Virus record (IMG/VR): IMGVR_UViG_3300025853_000050
Direction: 5' to 3' (one strand)
DNA from: a virus
Lineage: Duplodnaviria > Heunggongvirae > Uroviricota > Caudoviricetes
DNA length: 64,000 bases
Shown: piece after piece, positions 37,749-46,251 of the stretch
How positions within the stretch are numbered: position 1 is the first letter of the stretch
Layout: each line of letters begins with the position of its first letter
The notes under the pieces: generated by a model
Database searches by the model: none
Seen by the model: the letters and a program-made list of their open reading frames with translations, nothing else
Told to the model about the DNA's origin: nothing
Position numbers and translations under genes: made by a program

Positions 37749-37852
37749 ATCTTAAGAGATACACTGGTAAGATTTGCACTTACAATCGTTATCGTCTCGC
37801 ATTTTACTGCAACGGCGTTACTAGTTAGCCCACAGTGTATCTTTTAAGATAG
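37749..37852 (-). other. tRNA-like element enclosed by a 20-bp inverted repeat (possible pseudo-tRNA)
   Basis: ctatcttaagagatacactg at 37749 pairs with cagtgtatcttttaagatag at 37833; the interior has a T-arm-like GTAAGTGCAAATCTTAC. Confidence 0.25.
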
Positions 37853-37865
37853 TTTTGCCTAGCCT

Positions 37866-38175
37866 GAGATTATAGCATAAGATGGAAGTCTTTTGTAGCA
37901 TTATCGTAAGCCTTGCGAGCCACGTTCTCTACGTATCCACTGCATTGTGTGGAACACTAATACAGTATCTTCCAACGCTGCCTTTTTATACAGGTGGCAT
38001 TTCCTGTGTCATACGTCACTACTCGTCTTTCAATCTTCCGCCTGCCTTGCGAGCAGTTCAACTCCGCTAAGAGTTTACGTTTTCTTTCCAAACAAACACA
38101 TCCGCCTTGCGAGCTTCAATGCACCATATTCCCTTACGAGTATGGTATTAAGCGTCTTTAATGACGTACCGGAGT
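37866..38175 (-). ncRNA. structured non-coding stretch inside the tRNA operon (candidate stable RNA, cf. T4 RNA C/D)
   Basis: No ORF; three copies of GCCTTGCGAGC; lies between tRNA genes. Confidence 0.25.
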
Positions 38176-38189
38176 AGACTTTGCTTTTT

Positions 38190-38262
38190 AAACAAATGCA
38201 GGATTTGAACCCACTACCTAAAGATTATGCGTCTTTTGCTCTACCAAATGAGCTAATTTGCG
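38190..38262 (-). tRNA. tRNA-like, anticodon CAT with atypical G33 (possible pseudogene)
   Basis: Good D-arm GCTC-ATTTGGTA-GAGC; T-loop TTCAAAT; anticodon loop CGCATAA. Confidence 0.35.
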
Positions 38263-38289
38263 AACCTACTGTGATGTGCCACTCCAGTT

Positions 38290-38745
38290 GCTTCATATCC
38301 TTTTGGGATACAAAATACAACACATCACCTGTCTTTCTCCTTGCGGGATACTAAACGATACTTCAAGTTTCCAGGTCCTACCCTTTCAACTCTTGTAATG
38401 CTACTTTGCCTTTCCACGCTAATGGTCAAACTCAGTAACTACTCATTGAGTGTAAGATTCGGTAGTTTGGTTAATCGTAGCTTCACCACCACAGTCAATT
38501 AGACCTCACCGATTGGCTCCGGTCACATCCTTTCGGACTACAATTCTACCTTGCTCCACTATTGCCATTCTACTGACAACGAGTTGCTTTCGGCTATCAA
38601 CCGAGTCAACTCCACTCTGAGCTTGTATAGAAGGACCATTGCTGGCGGCAGTTTATAGGAAACCTGCCTTTGGGACTGTTACCAGTCTTACCCTATTCCC
38701 ATGACCCGAAGATCATGGGACAAGCGAGCTATACCTCGCAATTTA
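38290..38745 (-). ncRNA. structured non-coding stretch (several hairpins, UUCG-type loops) inside the tRNA operon
   Basis: Hairpins cccatgacccgaagatcatggg, ggcagtttataggaaacctgcc and gtcacatcctttcggac; no plausible ORF. Confidence 0.25.
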
Positions 38746-38749
38746 TTTA

Positions 38750-38825
38750 TGGTGCTGTTAGTAGGAATCGAACCCACAACCTGCTGATTACAAAACAGCT
38801 GCTCTTCCAATTGAGCTATAACAGC
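38750..38825 (-). tRNA. tRNA-Thr (TGT)
   Basis: GCTGTTA acceptor, D GCTC-AATTGGAA-GAGC, anticodon loop TTTGTAA, T-arm GTGGG-TTCGATT-CCTAC, CCA encoded. Confidence 0.7.
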
Positions 38826-38839
38826 GAATTATTCGTTTT

Positions 38840-38914
38840 GCTGGATAGGTTGGACTCGAACCAACAACCTGCTGATTAACAGTCAGCTGCACTGCCATTG
38901 TGCTACTATCCAGC
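38840..38914 (-). tRNA. tRNA-Asn (GTT)
   Basis: Anticodon arm GCTGA-CTGTTAA-TCAGC; T-arm GTTGG-TTCGAGT-CCAAC; embedded in a 16-bp inverted repeat. Confidence 0.55.
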
Positions 38915-38942
38915 AAAACGAACAAAATTCTTATTAAAAAAA

Positions 38943-39018
38943 TGGCGAAGGTGCCAGGACTCGAACCCGAACTTTCAGTTTTGGAGACTGACGTGCTAGC
39001 CATTAACACTACACCAAC
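38943..39018 (-). tRNA. tRNA-Trp (CCA), imperfect acceptor stem
   Basis: Anticodon arm TCAGT-CTCCAAA-ACTGA; two T-T mismatches in the acceptor stem. Confidence 0.45.
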
Positions 39019-39026
39019 ATATTTTT

Positions 39027-39101
39027 TGGGGGCAGCGGTAGGATTTGAACCTACGATCTCCAACTTATGAGGATGGCGAGATAACCACTTCTCCACGCTG
39101 C
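39027..39101 (-). tRNA. tRNA-Met/fMet/Ile2 (CAT)
   Basis: Anticodon loop CTCATAA; T-arm GTAGG-TTCAAAT-CCTAC; CCA encoded. Confidence 0.55.
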
Positions 39102-39206
39102 GTCAACTTTATTTATATTGACAAATCATTTCAAGTTATATGCATTTTTCTCTTTCGTATTTTGGTAGGCGACCTGGGTTACGATCTGTCGCTTTTAATT
39201 GTTTTG

Positions 39207-39297
39207 TAGTCCCTATGGGATTCGAACCCATATCGCTCTCTAATCTGGAGACGGTGCCGCTTATAAGACGGGTGTTTTACCATTAAACTAAGGGACT
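39207..39297 (-). tRNA. type-II-like tRNA (long variable arm), anticodon unresolved (loop CTTATAA)
   Basis: Acceptor AGTCCCT/AGGGACT; D GTTT-AATGGTA-AAAC; T-arm ATGGG-TTCGAAT-CCCAT; flanked by a 17-bp inverted repeat. Confidence 0.35.
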
Positions 39298-39435
39298 ACA
39301 AAACAATCAAATTAACTTCTTTATATTTTCCCAATCTAAATTATGTTTATCCAAAACAACTTTTTTACCACACAATTCACATACGCAATGTTTATACGTA
39401 GCCTTTCCCATCTCAATCCTTCCGCCCATTATTTT

Positions 39436-39508
39436 TGGATGATTCGGGAGGATTCGAACCTCCGACAACTGAGTCAAAGTCAGCTATGATACCACTTCAC
39501 CACGAATC
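39436..39508 (-). tRNA. tRNA-Gln (TTG)
   Basis: Anticodon arm GCTGA-CTTTGAC-TCAGT; T-arm GGAGG-TTCGAAT-CCTCC. Confidence 0.55.
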
Positions 39509-39514
39509 AAAAAT

Positions 39515-39590
39515 TGGTAGACCCTGTGAGATTCGAACTCACGGCCTTCCGATTAAAAGTCAGATGCTCTTCCAACTGAGCTAAGGGTCC
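39515..39590 (-). tRNA. tRNA-Lys (TTT)
   Basis: D GCTC-AGTTGGAA-GAGC; anticodon loop CTTTTAA; T-arm GTGAG-TTCGAAT-CTCAC; CCA encoded. Confidence 0.65.
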
Positions 39591-39595
39591 ATACT

Positions 39596-39669
39596 TGGTT
39601 GCCCTACGAGGTAACGATCCTCGGTCTTTCGATTATCAGTCGAATGCTTTCCCATTAAGCTATAGGGCA
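39596..39669 (-). tRNA. tRNA-Ile (GAT), unusual T-loop ATCGTTA
   Basis: Anticodon arm TTCGA-CTGATAA-TCGAA; D GCTT-AATGGGAA-AAGC; CCA encoded. Confidence 0.55.
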
Positions 39670-39794
39670 ATAATAATTTGCTAGGCGATCCCGTCCACTC
39701 ATCCCTAACAATCTCCCGCATCCTTCACTCTAACCGAGTATCTAACTTGCGAGCTTACCTTGCTAATTTCCTTTTTTATCAACTTATAGATATA

Positions 39795-39832
39795 TTATAG
39801 TATATCTAGCATAAAAAGTAAAGAAGTTTTTA
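39795..39832 (-). promoter_or_regulatory. early promoter driving the first tRNA block
   Basis: Reverse complement reads CTTCTTTACTTTTTATGCTAGATATACTATAATAT. Confidence 0.45.
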
Positions 39833-40066
39833 TTGGCTAACACCAATAAAATTTGCTTTAATTAAATTTGACGAAATACTGTTAAGTTGGTTAACAACTG
39901 AAATCAAACGATCATAACTTTCTTTAGAAATTTCCTCATCATTTTCAATTTCTCCAAAGGCCATAATTGAAGTTTTTTTAATATCCGATGCTAAATTATC
40001 AATCATTTCCCAATAAATTAATTCCTTATCACTAGGCTCTGCAATTTTATTCCAATTAATTTCCAT
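39830..40066 (-). CDS. hypothetical acidic protein
   Basis: 78-aa ORF. Confidence 0.3.
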   Translation of the reverse strand: MEINWNKIAEPSDKELIYWEMIDNLASDIKKTSIMAFGEIENDEEISKESYDRLISVVNQLNSISSNLIKANFIGVSQ

Positions 40067-40093
40067 TTAAACTTCCTATTCAATTTATACATA

Positions 40094-40126
40094 TATTATA
40101 GTTTATTTCAAACTGAAAGTAAAGAG
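40094..40126 (-). promoter_or_regulatory. T4-type early promoter with conserved leader
   Basis: AAAAAACTCTTTACTTTCAGTTTGAAATAAACTATAATATATGTATAAATTGAATAGGAAG. Confidence 0.45.
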
Positions 40127-40137
40127 TTTTTTATGAT

Positions 40138-40353
40138 TTAGACAAATTTAATATGCTTTCGACCTTTATCATCAATATACACTGATGCAAAATAATCACT
40201 ATCGTTTTGATCCTTTTTCTCCAATTTCTCAATCAAAGATTTCTTTTTAATTCTGGCAGTGACCGTTTCTGCCGCATTCAGGTGAACTTCTCCTCGTACA
40301 AAATCCGCTGTCTTAATTTCTTCAATCAGTTCCTTTGCTGTATATCTTTTCAT
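40138..40353 (-). CDS. hypothetical protein
   Basis: 71-aa ORF. Confidence 0.3.
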   Translation of the reverse strand: MKRYTAKELIEEIKTADFVRGEVHLNAAETVTARIKKKSLIEKLEKKDQNDSDYFASVYIDDKGRKHIKFV

Positions 40354-40657
40354 TTGTCTTTCCTACTACTAATTCCGTATTGGAATAAAACCAGCATTCA
40401 TGTTTCTCAATGCTACTTAGTTCTTGAAATGTTCGGTAATTCATACCAGTTTCTGAATTCCATTCAAAACAAGATATCCAATCTCCCCAATACTCTTCTT
40501 TGTCAGTAATATACTTATCTATAACAAAATGGCATTGCACATAACCAGGAGCTGTTGTTTGTGAACCAACCCCTTTAATAAAGTCGTCTTGTCCGCCTTT
40601 ATACAGAGCCTCAAATATTTCTTCGTTTTCAAACTTATGTATAATCATTAGTACCAC
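40322..40657 (-). CDS. hypothetical protein
   Basis: 111-aa ORF. Confidence 0.3.
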   Translation of the reverse strand: MVLMIIHKFENEEIFEALYKGGQDDFIKGVGSQTTAPGYVQCHFVIDKYITDKEEYWGDWISCFEWNSETGMNYRTFQELSSIEKHECWFYSNTELVVGKTNEKIYSKGTD

Positions 40658-40986
40658 AAACTCGTATAATATTTACCAAACAATTCCAATCCTTCAAAGA
40701 ATTTATCGGCCTTTTCGCTTTTTTCCCAATACATACCACAATTCTCATGCTTGGCATAAATTTCAAAGGAATAAATCATCTTGTCCAGAATATCTGTCAT
40801 CATACCATCCTCGGTTTCTTTATCTAGGACATATTTATATTTGATATCTTTGAATTGTTTCAAAGCAGGAAGAATGATAATGGCCAAAGTTGAATCCAAA
40901 GAATAGAAATCTTCTCCATCAAATTCTACCTTAACTTTTTTACGGGAATTGTTATCTTTTTTATATTTACCAATATTTACTTTCAT
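40648..40986 (-). CDS. hypothetical protein
   Basis: 112-aa ORF. Confidence 0.3.
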   Translation of the reverse strand: MKVNIGKYKKDNNSRKKVKVEFDGEDFYSLDSTLAIIILPALKQFKDIKYKYVLDKETEDGMMTDILDKMIYSFEIYAKHENCGMYWEKSEKADKFFEGLELFGKYYTSLWY

Positions 40987-41004
40987 TGTATCATCCTATA
41001 AAAT

Positions 41005-41081
41005 TGGTGGCCCCTGTAGGATTCGAACCCACGACCCTGGAGGTAGAAACTCCATGCTCTAATCCGCTGAGCTAAGGGGCC
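41005..41081 (-). tRNA. tRNA-Arg (TCT)
   Basis: D GCTC-AGCGGATTA-GAGC; anticodon arm TGGAG-TTTCTAC-CTCCA; CCA encoded. Confidence 0.65.
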
Positions 41082-41091
41082 ATTAAACTTT

Positions 41092-41418
41092 TTACACAGA
41101 AATATTTTTTAGATTTTGCACGACTTCGCCCACAGTAAGGTCTTCGCGATCTTCTACAAGGGCATAGTACGTCTTATCAAAAATATCGGGTTTACAAGGA
41201 TAAAATTCGCCTTGTACCCCGCAAATAATATAATCCCCAAGACTAGCATTCATCGTCCCTTCAAGGGTCTGAATACTCAAACTTTTTGGGGAGTAATTTT
41301 TAGATACACGCCAAGAATTACTGGACCCAAAGAAATCAATAATTTCTTGATAGTTGTCACCATTCCACTGAACCGCAGTTACTTCAACTGGTTTTTTACG
41401 ATATCGTTTTACGCTCAT
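41092..41418 (-). CDS. conserved hypothetical phage protein
   Basis: 108-aa ORF. Confidence 0.35.
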   Translation of the reverse strand: MSVKRYRKKPVEVTAVQWNGDNYQEIIDFFGSSNSWRVSKNYSPKSLSIQTLEGTMNASLGDYIICGVQGEFYPCKPDIFDKTYYALVEDREDLTVGEVVQNLKNISV

Positions 41419-41933
41419 GGATACACCCTTTTTAATTCACCATTAATATTGTATACCGAAATTTTATCAAATCCTTCGTTTATTGTTGGCATCTGAAAAC
41501 TACGTTCCATCTTAAACAAGACTTCTTGGGGAATTTTCTTATACACCCGTTTTGTAATTCGACGGTTCCAAACATCTAAATCATCAATGGTGATAAAACA
41601 TGCGTTAAACGTCCATTCATCATCACTAGATGATAAAATCTTTGAAGTAATTTTCCCACGCTTTTTGCGCGAAAGATTGGTTTGATCCCAAATAATGTTG
41701 TTTGACGTATAATTAAATGCATCATCCAAACGGTCATCACAAAAATTCGTGGCTTCTTTAATCGTATCGGCAAAGATATCGTTATACGTTGAACCCAGTT
41801 TTTGCACTTTATCTTCAATATACCGGTCCGTGCTGTACACAAATGCATTCGGATCCATAAGTCGAAATTTCTCAACCAAAGTAGACTTACCTGAATAAGG
41901 CATCCCAACCATAATAGTACAAACACGCTTCAT
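41415..41933 (-). CDS. P-loop polynucleotide-kinase-like protein (T4 Pnk kinase-domain-like, GMPYSGKST)
   Basis: Start taken at MKRVCTIMVGMPYSGKSTLVEKF; the ORF-track N-terminal extension runs through the upstream tRNA and is rejected. Confidence 0.5.
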   Translation of the reverse strand: MKRVCTIMVGMPYSGKSTLVEKFRLMDPNAFVYSTDRYIEDKVQKLGSTYNDIFADTIKEATNFCDDRLDDAFNYTSNNIIWDQTNLSRKKRGKITSKILSSSDDEWTFNACFITIDDLDVWNRRITKRVYKKIPQEVLFKMERSFQMPTINEGFDKISVYNINGELKRVYP

Positions 41934-41951
41934 AATATATCTCCAAAGAAT

Positions 41952-42029
41952 TGGTGCGAATAGTGGGATTCGAACCCACACTGTACGAATTTTAAGTTCG
42001 TTGTCTCCTACCGGTTGGACTATATTCGC
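41952..42029 (-). tRNA. tRNA with Leu-type anticodon TAA on a short-variable-arm (class I) scaffold
   Basis: Acceptor GCGAATA/TATTCGC; anticodon arm ACGAA-CTTAAAA-TTCGT; T-arm GTGGG-TTCGAAT-CCCAC; CCA encoded. Confidence 0.5.
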
Positions 42030-42042
42030 TTTATTATTTACA

Positions 42043-42078
42043 TAGTATAGCTTATTTAAGCTTAGAAGTAAAGACTTT
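42043..42078 (-). promoter_or_regulatory. early promoter for the second tRNA/kinase block
   Basis: Reverse complement reads GTCTTTACTTCTAAGCTTAAATAAGCTATACT. Confidence 0.4.
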
Positions 42079-42257
42079 TTCCGTCTCAATACAAACAATT
42101 ATTATATCATATTCCGGAAGAAATTTTCTTCTTTCTTTTAATTTAGATTCTTCTTCCATGCATTCTTCCATAGAAGGCATTTCAAAAGACATAAATGTAA
42201 TATCCATTGGATCAGGATTAGATTTTAATGCAAAAGATAATACTAATTCTATTAACA

Positions 42258-42503
42258 TCAAAAACTTTCTTTATCCAATATATCAGATAAATCGACACAA
42301 TTGGTTGCATAAAAGAATTTATCGTCAGGTTCTGTTATAAAAGTCTCTGACTGTAATGCTTTACAAAGTGCCATATTCGGAACTGGTATCGTCAGAATAT
42401 TTTGCTCCAAAGGTTTAGTTTCTCCGGGCAACACAATAGCGACTAAAAGATAAATTAATTTCATTATAGAACTCCTTGAATTGTGGGCTAACCATTGACC
42501 CAC
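42258..42503 (-). CDS. small secreted protein (signal peptide at internal Met MKLIYLLVAIVLPG)
   Basis: 81-aa ORF. Confidence 0.3.
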   Translation of the reverse strand: MGQWLAHNSRSSIMKLIYLLVAIVLPGETKPLEQNILTIPVPNMALCKALQSETFITEPDDKFFYATNCVDLSDILDKESF

Positions 42504-42512
42504 GCGGACGTA

Positions 42513-42764
42513 TTAAGTCGTCACACTGATAAAATCTGATCTTTCAGGAGTTTTATTAAGATCTTCCCATTCTTGACGGGTTGTTCCGTAAAGAATAAAT
42601 TCTTGAGCTTCGACAGAAATATCAGGAAATGCATCCTCCAGTGTAATTTCCCCATTTTCAAAAGCATGATATTTTATATCAAAATCTAACTGAGAATAGT
42701 TCTTAAACTCCAGAGTTCTTACTCTTTCGGTCAACATCGATTTATTTCTGAATCTGGCTGACAT
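42513..42764 (-). CDS. hypothetical protein
   Basis: 83-aa ORF. Confidence 0.3.
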   Translation of the reverse strand: MSARFRNKSMLTERVRTLEFKNYSQLDFDIKYHAFENGEITLEDAFPDISVEAQEFILYGTTRQEWEDLNKTPERSDFISVTT

Positions 42765-42973
42765 TATTCTTCATCATCTCCATGACCAGGATTGATTACG
42801 AATAACATAAACAACTCAATCGTCAAAACCAAAGGCCAAAATACGAAATACAAACCATTTGGCCTTTCCCCTTCATAATCAGGTGGAAATTGCAACAAAT
42901 TAGATATTGCAACCCCACCTATGTAATAAACCCAAAGTAGAGTACAAGCAAGTATAGTCTCTAGAAGAGTCAT
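42764..42973 (-). CDS. small membrane protein
   Basis: 69 aa, two hydrophobic segments. Confidence 0.3.
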   Translation of the reverse strand: MTLLETILACTLLWVYYIGGVAISNLLQFPPDYEGERPNGLYFVFWPLVLTIELFMLFVINPGHGDDEE

Positions 42974-43092
42974 ACGTTTCCTTCCTAGATGTTTATGTCA
43001 TACTTCTATTTATACTTTTGGTTTACTTTGATTTTCCAATTTAATTTCCAAACTTTGACCATCCAAACAACATATTTTTTGATTTTGTGTTT

Positions 43093-44409
43093 TTATAGCA
43101 TGGCATTTTGTCGAACCTCATCAAAAGTGGTTTCACGAACAAGTTTTCCATTATAGAATACACGCTTAAGTCTTGGATCATCAAATCGACCTTTTTTAGA
43201 CTTCTTACCAGGATCGGTAATAGGGTCTTTGAATACGTCTCGCCATACGCCATCAACCTTTGCAGCAGAACACTTCATGGCAAACTTCTGATCATCTCTT
43301 TGAGATGTACTTAAAAGGTTTGCACCCATACCAAATGCCACATTATCGGCAGAATACCTATTGACGAATAGTGTCTGTAGAATTTTATCAATAGCCTCAT
43401 AATCAACACCATCACCCTGAATTACACGGACGTTATTTAACACACGATATCCCTTTGAGTTTTTTGTACTCCCATATTTCTTATCTAAAAGTTTAACGGT
43501 ATCACGGACAACTTTCCAAGGAATACCAGAGTCGGGGCGAACAACAACTGTCGCACCTGAATCAATAACTTCTTGCCTTAGTTTTTCGCCCCAGAGATTT
43601 TCCACGGCATTATAGATATCATAGCTATCCGATACCACTGCCACTAACGCTCCAGGTTTACCAAACTGTTTTACCATATTGCGATATGCTTCGACTTCAT
43701 TCTCTTTACCCCACGAAGTGATAGTAGAGTGTTCAGCCGCCGGAATAGAAAATCCAGCCATATCTGCGCCATAGTATTTTCTGGCACCAAGAGTGGCAAC
43801 AATGGTATCTGTACCCATGAAGTTAATCAAGTGTGACATACCACCAAGCATTGCGCTTTCATTTGACGACACTCCTCTTGCACCAAAGTCATGGAGTTTA
43901 AACACCAATCCTTCACGGCTATCAGAAGTCTTATCCATATAACTTGCGATCAGCTTCTTAATTTCTCGCGAGTTGGTAGCAACTGTAGTTGGATACCAGA
44001 TAGCACGAAGAAGTGCGGTCTCAAGATAAGTAGTCAACCAAAAGCAATTTGGGTCTGTGTTTTCAATAGTGAGCATCACATCATGAATAGCGACTGGCAT
44101 TCCTTCGGGAACAGCCTTGATTTCCACTGGCAAATATCCATCATGTTCATTTAGGATATACTCCCAACCAGAACGGTTGAAAGGTTCTCCATGTGCAGTC
44201 CAAATTGCTTCTGCTTCGTCAATATCTTCTTGTGTAATTGGATCTGACAAGTATTCTTTAATAAAAGCCTGTAGGCCAAAGAATACTAGCTCATTATATT
44301 TTCCATCACGAGATTCAATATAAGAATATACCGCCTCGGTTTTTGGTGGATATTGTACAAACATTGATGCTTTATAGCTATCAGTATTCAATAAAATTGA
44401 TTGTTTCAT
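43093..44409 (-). CDS. nadV: nicotinamide phosphoribosyltransferase (NAMPT) NadV
   Basis: N-terminus MKQSILLNTDSYKASMFVQYPP is the characteristic NAMPT opening; 438 aa. Confidence 0.8.
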   Translation of the reverse strand: MKQSILLNTDSYKASMFVQYPPKTEAVYSYIESRDGKYNELVFFGLQAFIKEYLSDPITQEDIDEAEAIWTAHGEPFNRSGWEYILNEHDGYLPVEIKAVPEGMPVAIHDVMLTIENTDPNCFWLTTYLETALLRAIWYPTTVATNSREIKKLIASYMDKTSDSREGLVFKLHDFGARGVSSNESAMLGGMSHLINFMGTDTIVATLGARKYYGADMAGFSIPAAEHSTITSWGKENEVEAYRNMVKQFGKPGALVAVVSDSYDIYNAVENLWGEKLRQEVIDSGATVVVRPDSGIPWKVVRDTVKLLDKKYGSTKNSKGYRVLNNVRVIQGDGVDYEAIDKILQTLFVNRYSADNVAFGMGANLLSTSQRDDQKFAMKCSAAKVDGVWRDVFKDPITDPGKKSKKGRFDDPRLKRVFYNGKLVRETTFDEVRQNAML

Positions 44410-44459
44410 TTAGAACTCCTCTAAAGTTTATGTTACCTAACTCTTTGTTAGGATTTTTA

Positions 44460-45527
44460 TTAAAGACCAACAAAGTAGTCAATAATTCCGTAGTGATCCT
44501 CAAACATCACCTTACTATCCAGTTCACTCAATTTAAACCATTTGGCTTCAATTGCATCATCTGAACCCTTGACCTTTGGTAATTCTTCCATAGGTGTTAA
44601 TTCAAAGTAAAAAGCATTAGTGATAGTGCGTCCACGTGATGAACGATTTGGGTCATCAAACGTATGTTGTCCCTTGATAGAACCTTTCAATACTGGTGCA
44701 GGAACTTTCAAACGAGTTTCTTCTCGCAGTTCTCGAATACATCCGTCAAGTAGAGTTTCTGTTTGATTTAAAAATCCGCCAGGCAAAGCCCATTGACCAA
44801 TTCCTGGTGCATGACCTCGGCGTACAAGTAGAATGTGTCCAGATTGAATTACTACCGCATCAGTGGTAACGAATGTAGGAGGATAAGGTGCATATTTCCA
44901 TGAATCCTTATACTCTTGGATCATTTCATATTCTTGCTTTAAAAGTGCCCAATAGTCTTTATTGATAATATTCTCAATCACTTTTTGTGCAGGATTTGGC
45001 ATATCACGTTTGTAATATTTTTCATTGGGGAAGGATAGCAAGTCTTCACGAATGTTAGTTGCATTGATGCCTTTGTAATCAGAAACTGCAACCGAATCCA
45101 TTCCTGGGAACATTTTCAAATAGTATGAAGTATTATCTTTTGAATGACCGATCAACCCGACCTTCTTAATCCATTTAGGATTGTCAAGGTTATTTAGATT
45201 ACGATTACAATTAGAAAGGTTAGTATCATCATCAATAATCAATTGAATTTCTGATAGCCATTTACTGTCATTATATGGATAATCATCCACACCATCAATA
45301 CATAAACGACCATCTTCGTAAGCATCATCATTGGATGCACGAATCATCGCATGTCGTTCTCCGTATGTAAATGGATTTCGTATTGTTCTTGGTCCACCAC
45401 ATGAACCAATGATAACTAATACTTCGTCCGCTCTCTTTAGAGCTTCATCAATAACGGCCTGATGTCCATTATGAAATGGTTGAAAACGACCGATAAAGAC
45501 CAACAGGTCAAATTCTTTTTTACTCAT
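44460..45527 (-). CDS. natV: bifunctional NMN adenylyltransferase / Nudix hydrolase NatV
   Basis: FIGRFQPFHNGH (HxGH nucleotidyltransferase motif) plus a C-terminal Nudix box GGFLNQTETLLDGCIRELREETRL. Confidence 0.75.
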   Translation of the reverse strand: MSKKEFDLLVFIGRFQPFHNGHQAVIDEALKRADEVLVIIGSCGGPRTIRNPFTYGERHAMIRASNDDAYEDGRLCIDGVDDYPYNDSKWLSEIQLIIDDDTNLSNCNRNLNNLDNPKWIKKVGLIGHSKDNTSYYLKMFPGMDSVAVSDYKGINATNIREDLLSFPNEKYYKRDMPNPAQKVIENIINKDYWALLKQEYEMIQEYKDSWKYAPYPPTFVTTDAVVIQSGHILLVRRGHAPGIGQWALPGGFLNQTETLLDGCIRELREETRLKVPAPVLKGSIKGQHTFDDPNRSSRGRTITNAFYFELTPMEELPKVKGSDDAIEAKWFKLSELDSKVMFEDHYGIIDYFVGL

Positions 45528-45586
45528 CTTACTAAAACTCCTTTAGTATTTTACTTATACAGACACTCTATGTATCTGATTTTATT

Positions 45587-45663
45587 TGGTGAACCTGGAA
45601 GGATTCGAACCCTCGACCTTGTGGTTCGTAGCCACACGCTCTGTCCAACTGAGCTACAGGTCC
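45587..45663 (-). tRNA. tRNA-Arg (ACG)
   Basis: D GCTC-AGTTGGACA-GAGC; anticodon arm TGTGG-CTACGAA-CCACA; CCA encoded. Confidence 0.65.
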
Positions 45664-45669
45664 ATAATT

Positions 45670-45740
45670 TGGTGACTGTAGATAGAATCGAACTATCCCT
45701 GGTGGCTTATGAAACCACTGTCAAGACCACTTGTACAGTC
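45670..45740 (-). tRNA. tRNA, anticodon CAT (loop TTCATAA)
   Basis: T-arm GATAG-TTCGATT-CTATC; acceptor GACTGTA/TACAGTC; CCA encoded. Confidence 0.45.
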
Positions 45741-45741
45741 A

Positions 45742-45818
45742 TGGTGCCCATGGTGGGATTCGAACCCACAACCTCTTGAATCTAAATCAAGCATCTCTTC
45801 CAATTGGACTACACAGGC
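45742..45818 (-). tRNA. tRNA with Leu-type anticodon TAG on a class I scaffold
   Basis: Anticodon arm CTTGA-TTTAGAT-TCAAG; T-arm GTGGG-TTCGAAT-CCCAC; CCA encoded. Confidence 0.45.
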
Positions 45819-45823
45819 AATTA

Positions 45824-46018
45824 TTAATTCTCCAATGCCTTTAGAGCTTGAGCCGCTTTTAATGCATCATCAAACGTATCAAACGATGGAGCGTTTTGAA
45901 TTTGGTCTTCGTCAAATGATCCATCTTCGTAACACATAACAACGTAATAAAGTTCCCCAACTCGTCTTACAGAATAAGACGTTTCGATACTGGTTCCTTT
46001 ATACGAACCGAAAAACAT
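45824..46018 (-). CDS. hypothetical protein
   Basis: 64-aa ORF behind an early promoter. Confidence 0.3.
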   Translation of the reverse strand: MFFGSYKGTSIETSYSVRRVGELYYVVMCYEDGSFDEDQIQNAPSFDTFDDALKAAQALKALEN

Positions 46019-46044
46019 TTATCACTCCTTATCAATTTATACTC

Positions 46045-46078
46045 ATATTATAGTTTATATCAAAAGCGAAGTCAAGCG
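46045..46078 (-). promoter_or_regulatory. early promoter with conserved leader
   Basis: AAAACGCTTGACTTCGCTTTTGATATAAACTATAATATGAGTATAAATTGATAAGGAG. Confidence 0.45.
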
Positions 46079-46088
46079 TTTTTTATGT

Positions 46089-46163
46089 TGGAGGAACACG
46101 TAGGAATCAAACCTACCTAATGTGGATTTGCAATCCACCGCCTACTCAGTCAGCCTGTGCTCC
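46089..46163 (-). tRNA. tRNA-Cys (GCA)
   Basis: Anticodon arm GTGGA-TTGCAAA-TCCAC; T-arm GTAGG-TTTGATT-CCTAC; CCA encoded. Confidence 0.55.
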
Positions 46164-46251
46164 AAAACATAATATAGAAAATAGCCGATGTTAAAATTAA
46201 AACAAGAATTATATCTCCAGTTTCCATTATCTATTTTCCTATTTTAGAAGT

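Noticed and set aside
37866-38745. Group I intron or tmRNA in the tRNA-operon non-coding stretches
   Set aside because: I could not locate P3-P7 core pairings or a tmRNA tag reading frame ending in ALAA by eye. The stretches are reported as unclassified structured RNA instead.
38670-39096. ORFs 38670..38879 (+) and 38788..39096 (-)
   Set aside because: They lie entirely over tRNA-Thr, tRNA-Asn and tRNA-Trp genes.
41934-42098. N-terminal 55 codons of ORF 41415..42098
   Set aside because: The extension reads through tRNA(TAA) at 41952..42029; the internal Met immediately before the P-loop is the plausible start.
45462-45939. ORFs 45462..45779 (+) and 45709..45939 (+)
   Set aside because: They span tRNA-Arg(ACG), tRNA(CAT) and tRNA(TAG) on the opposite strand.
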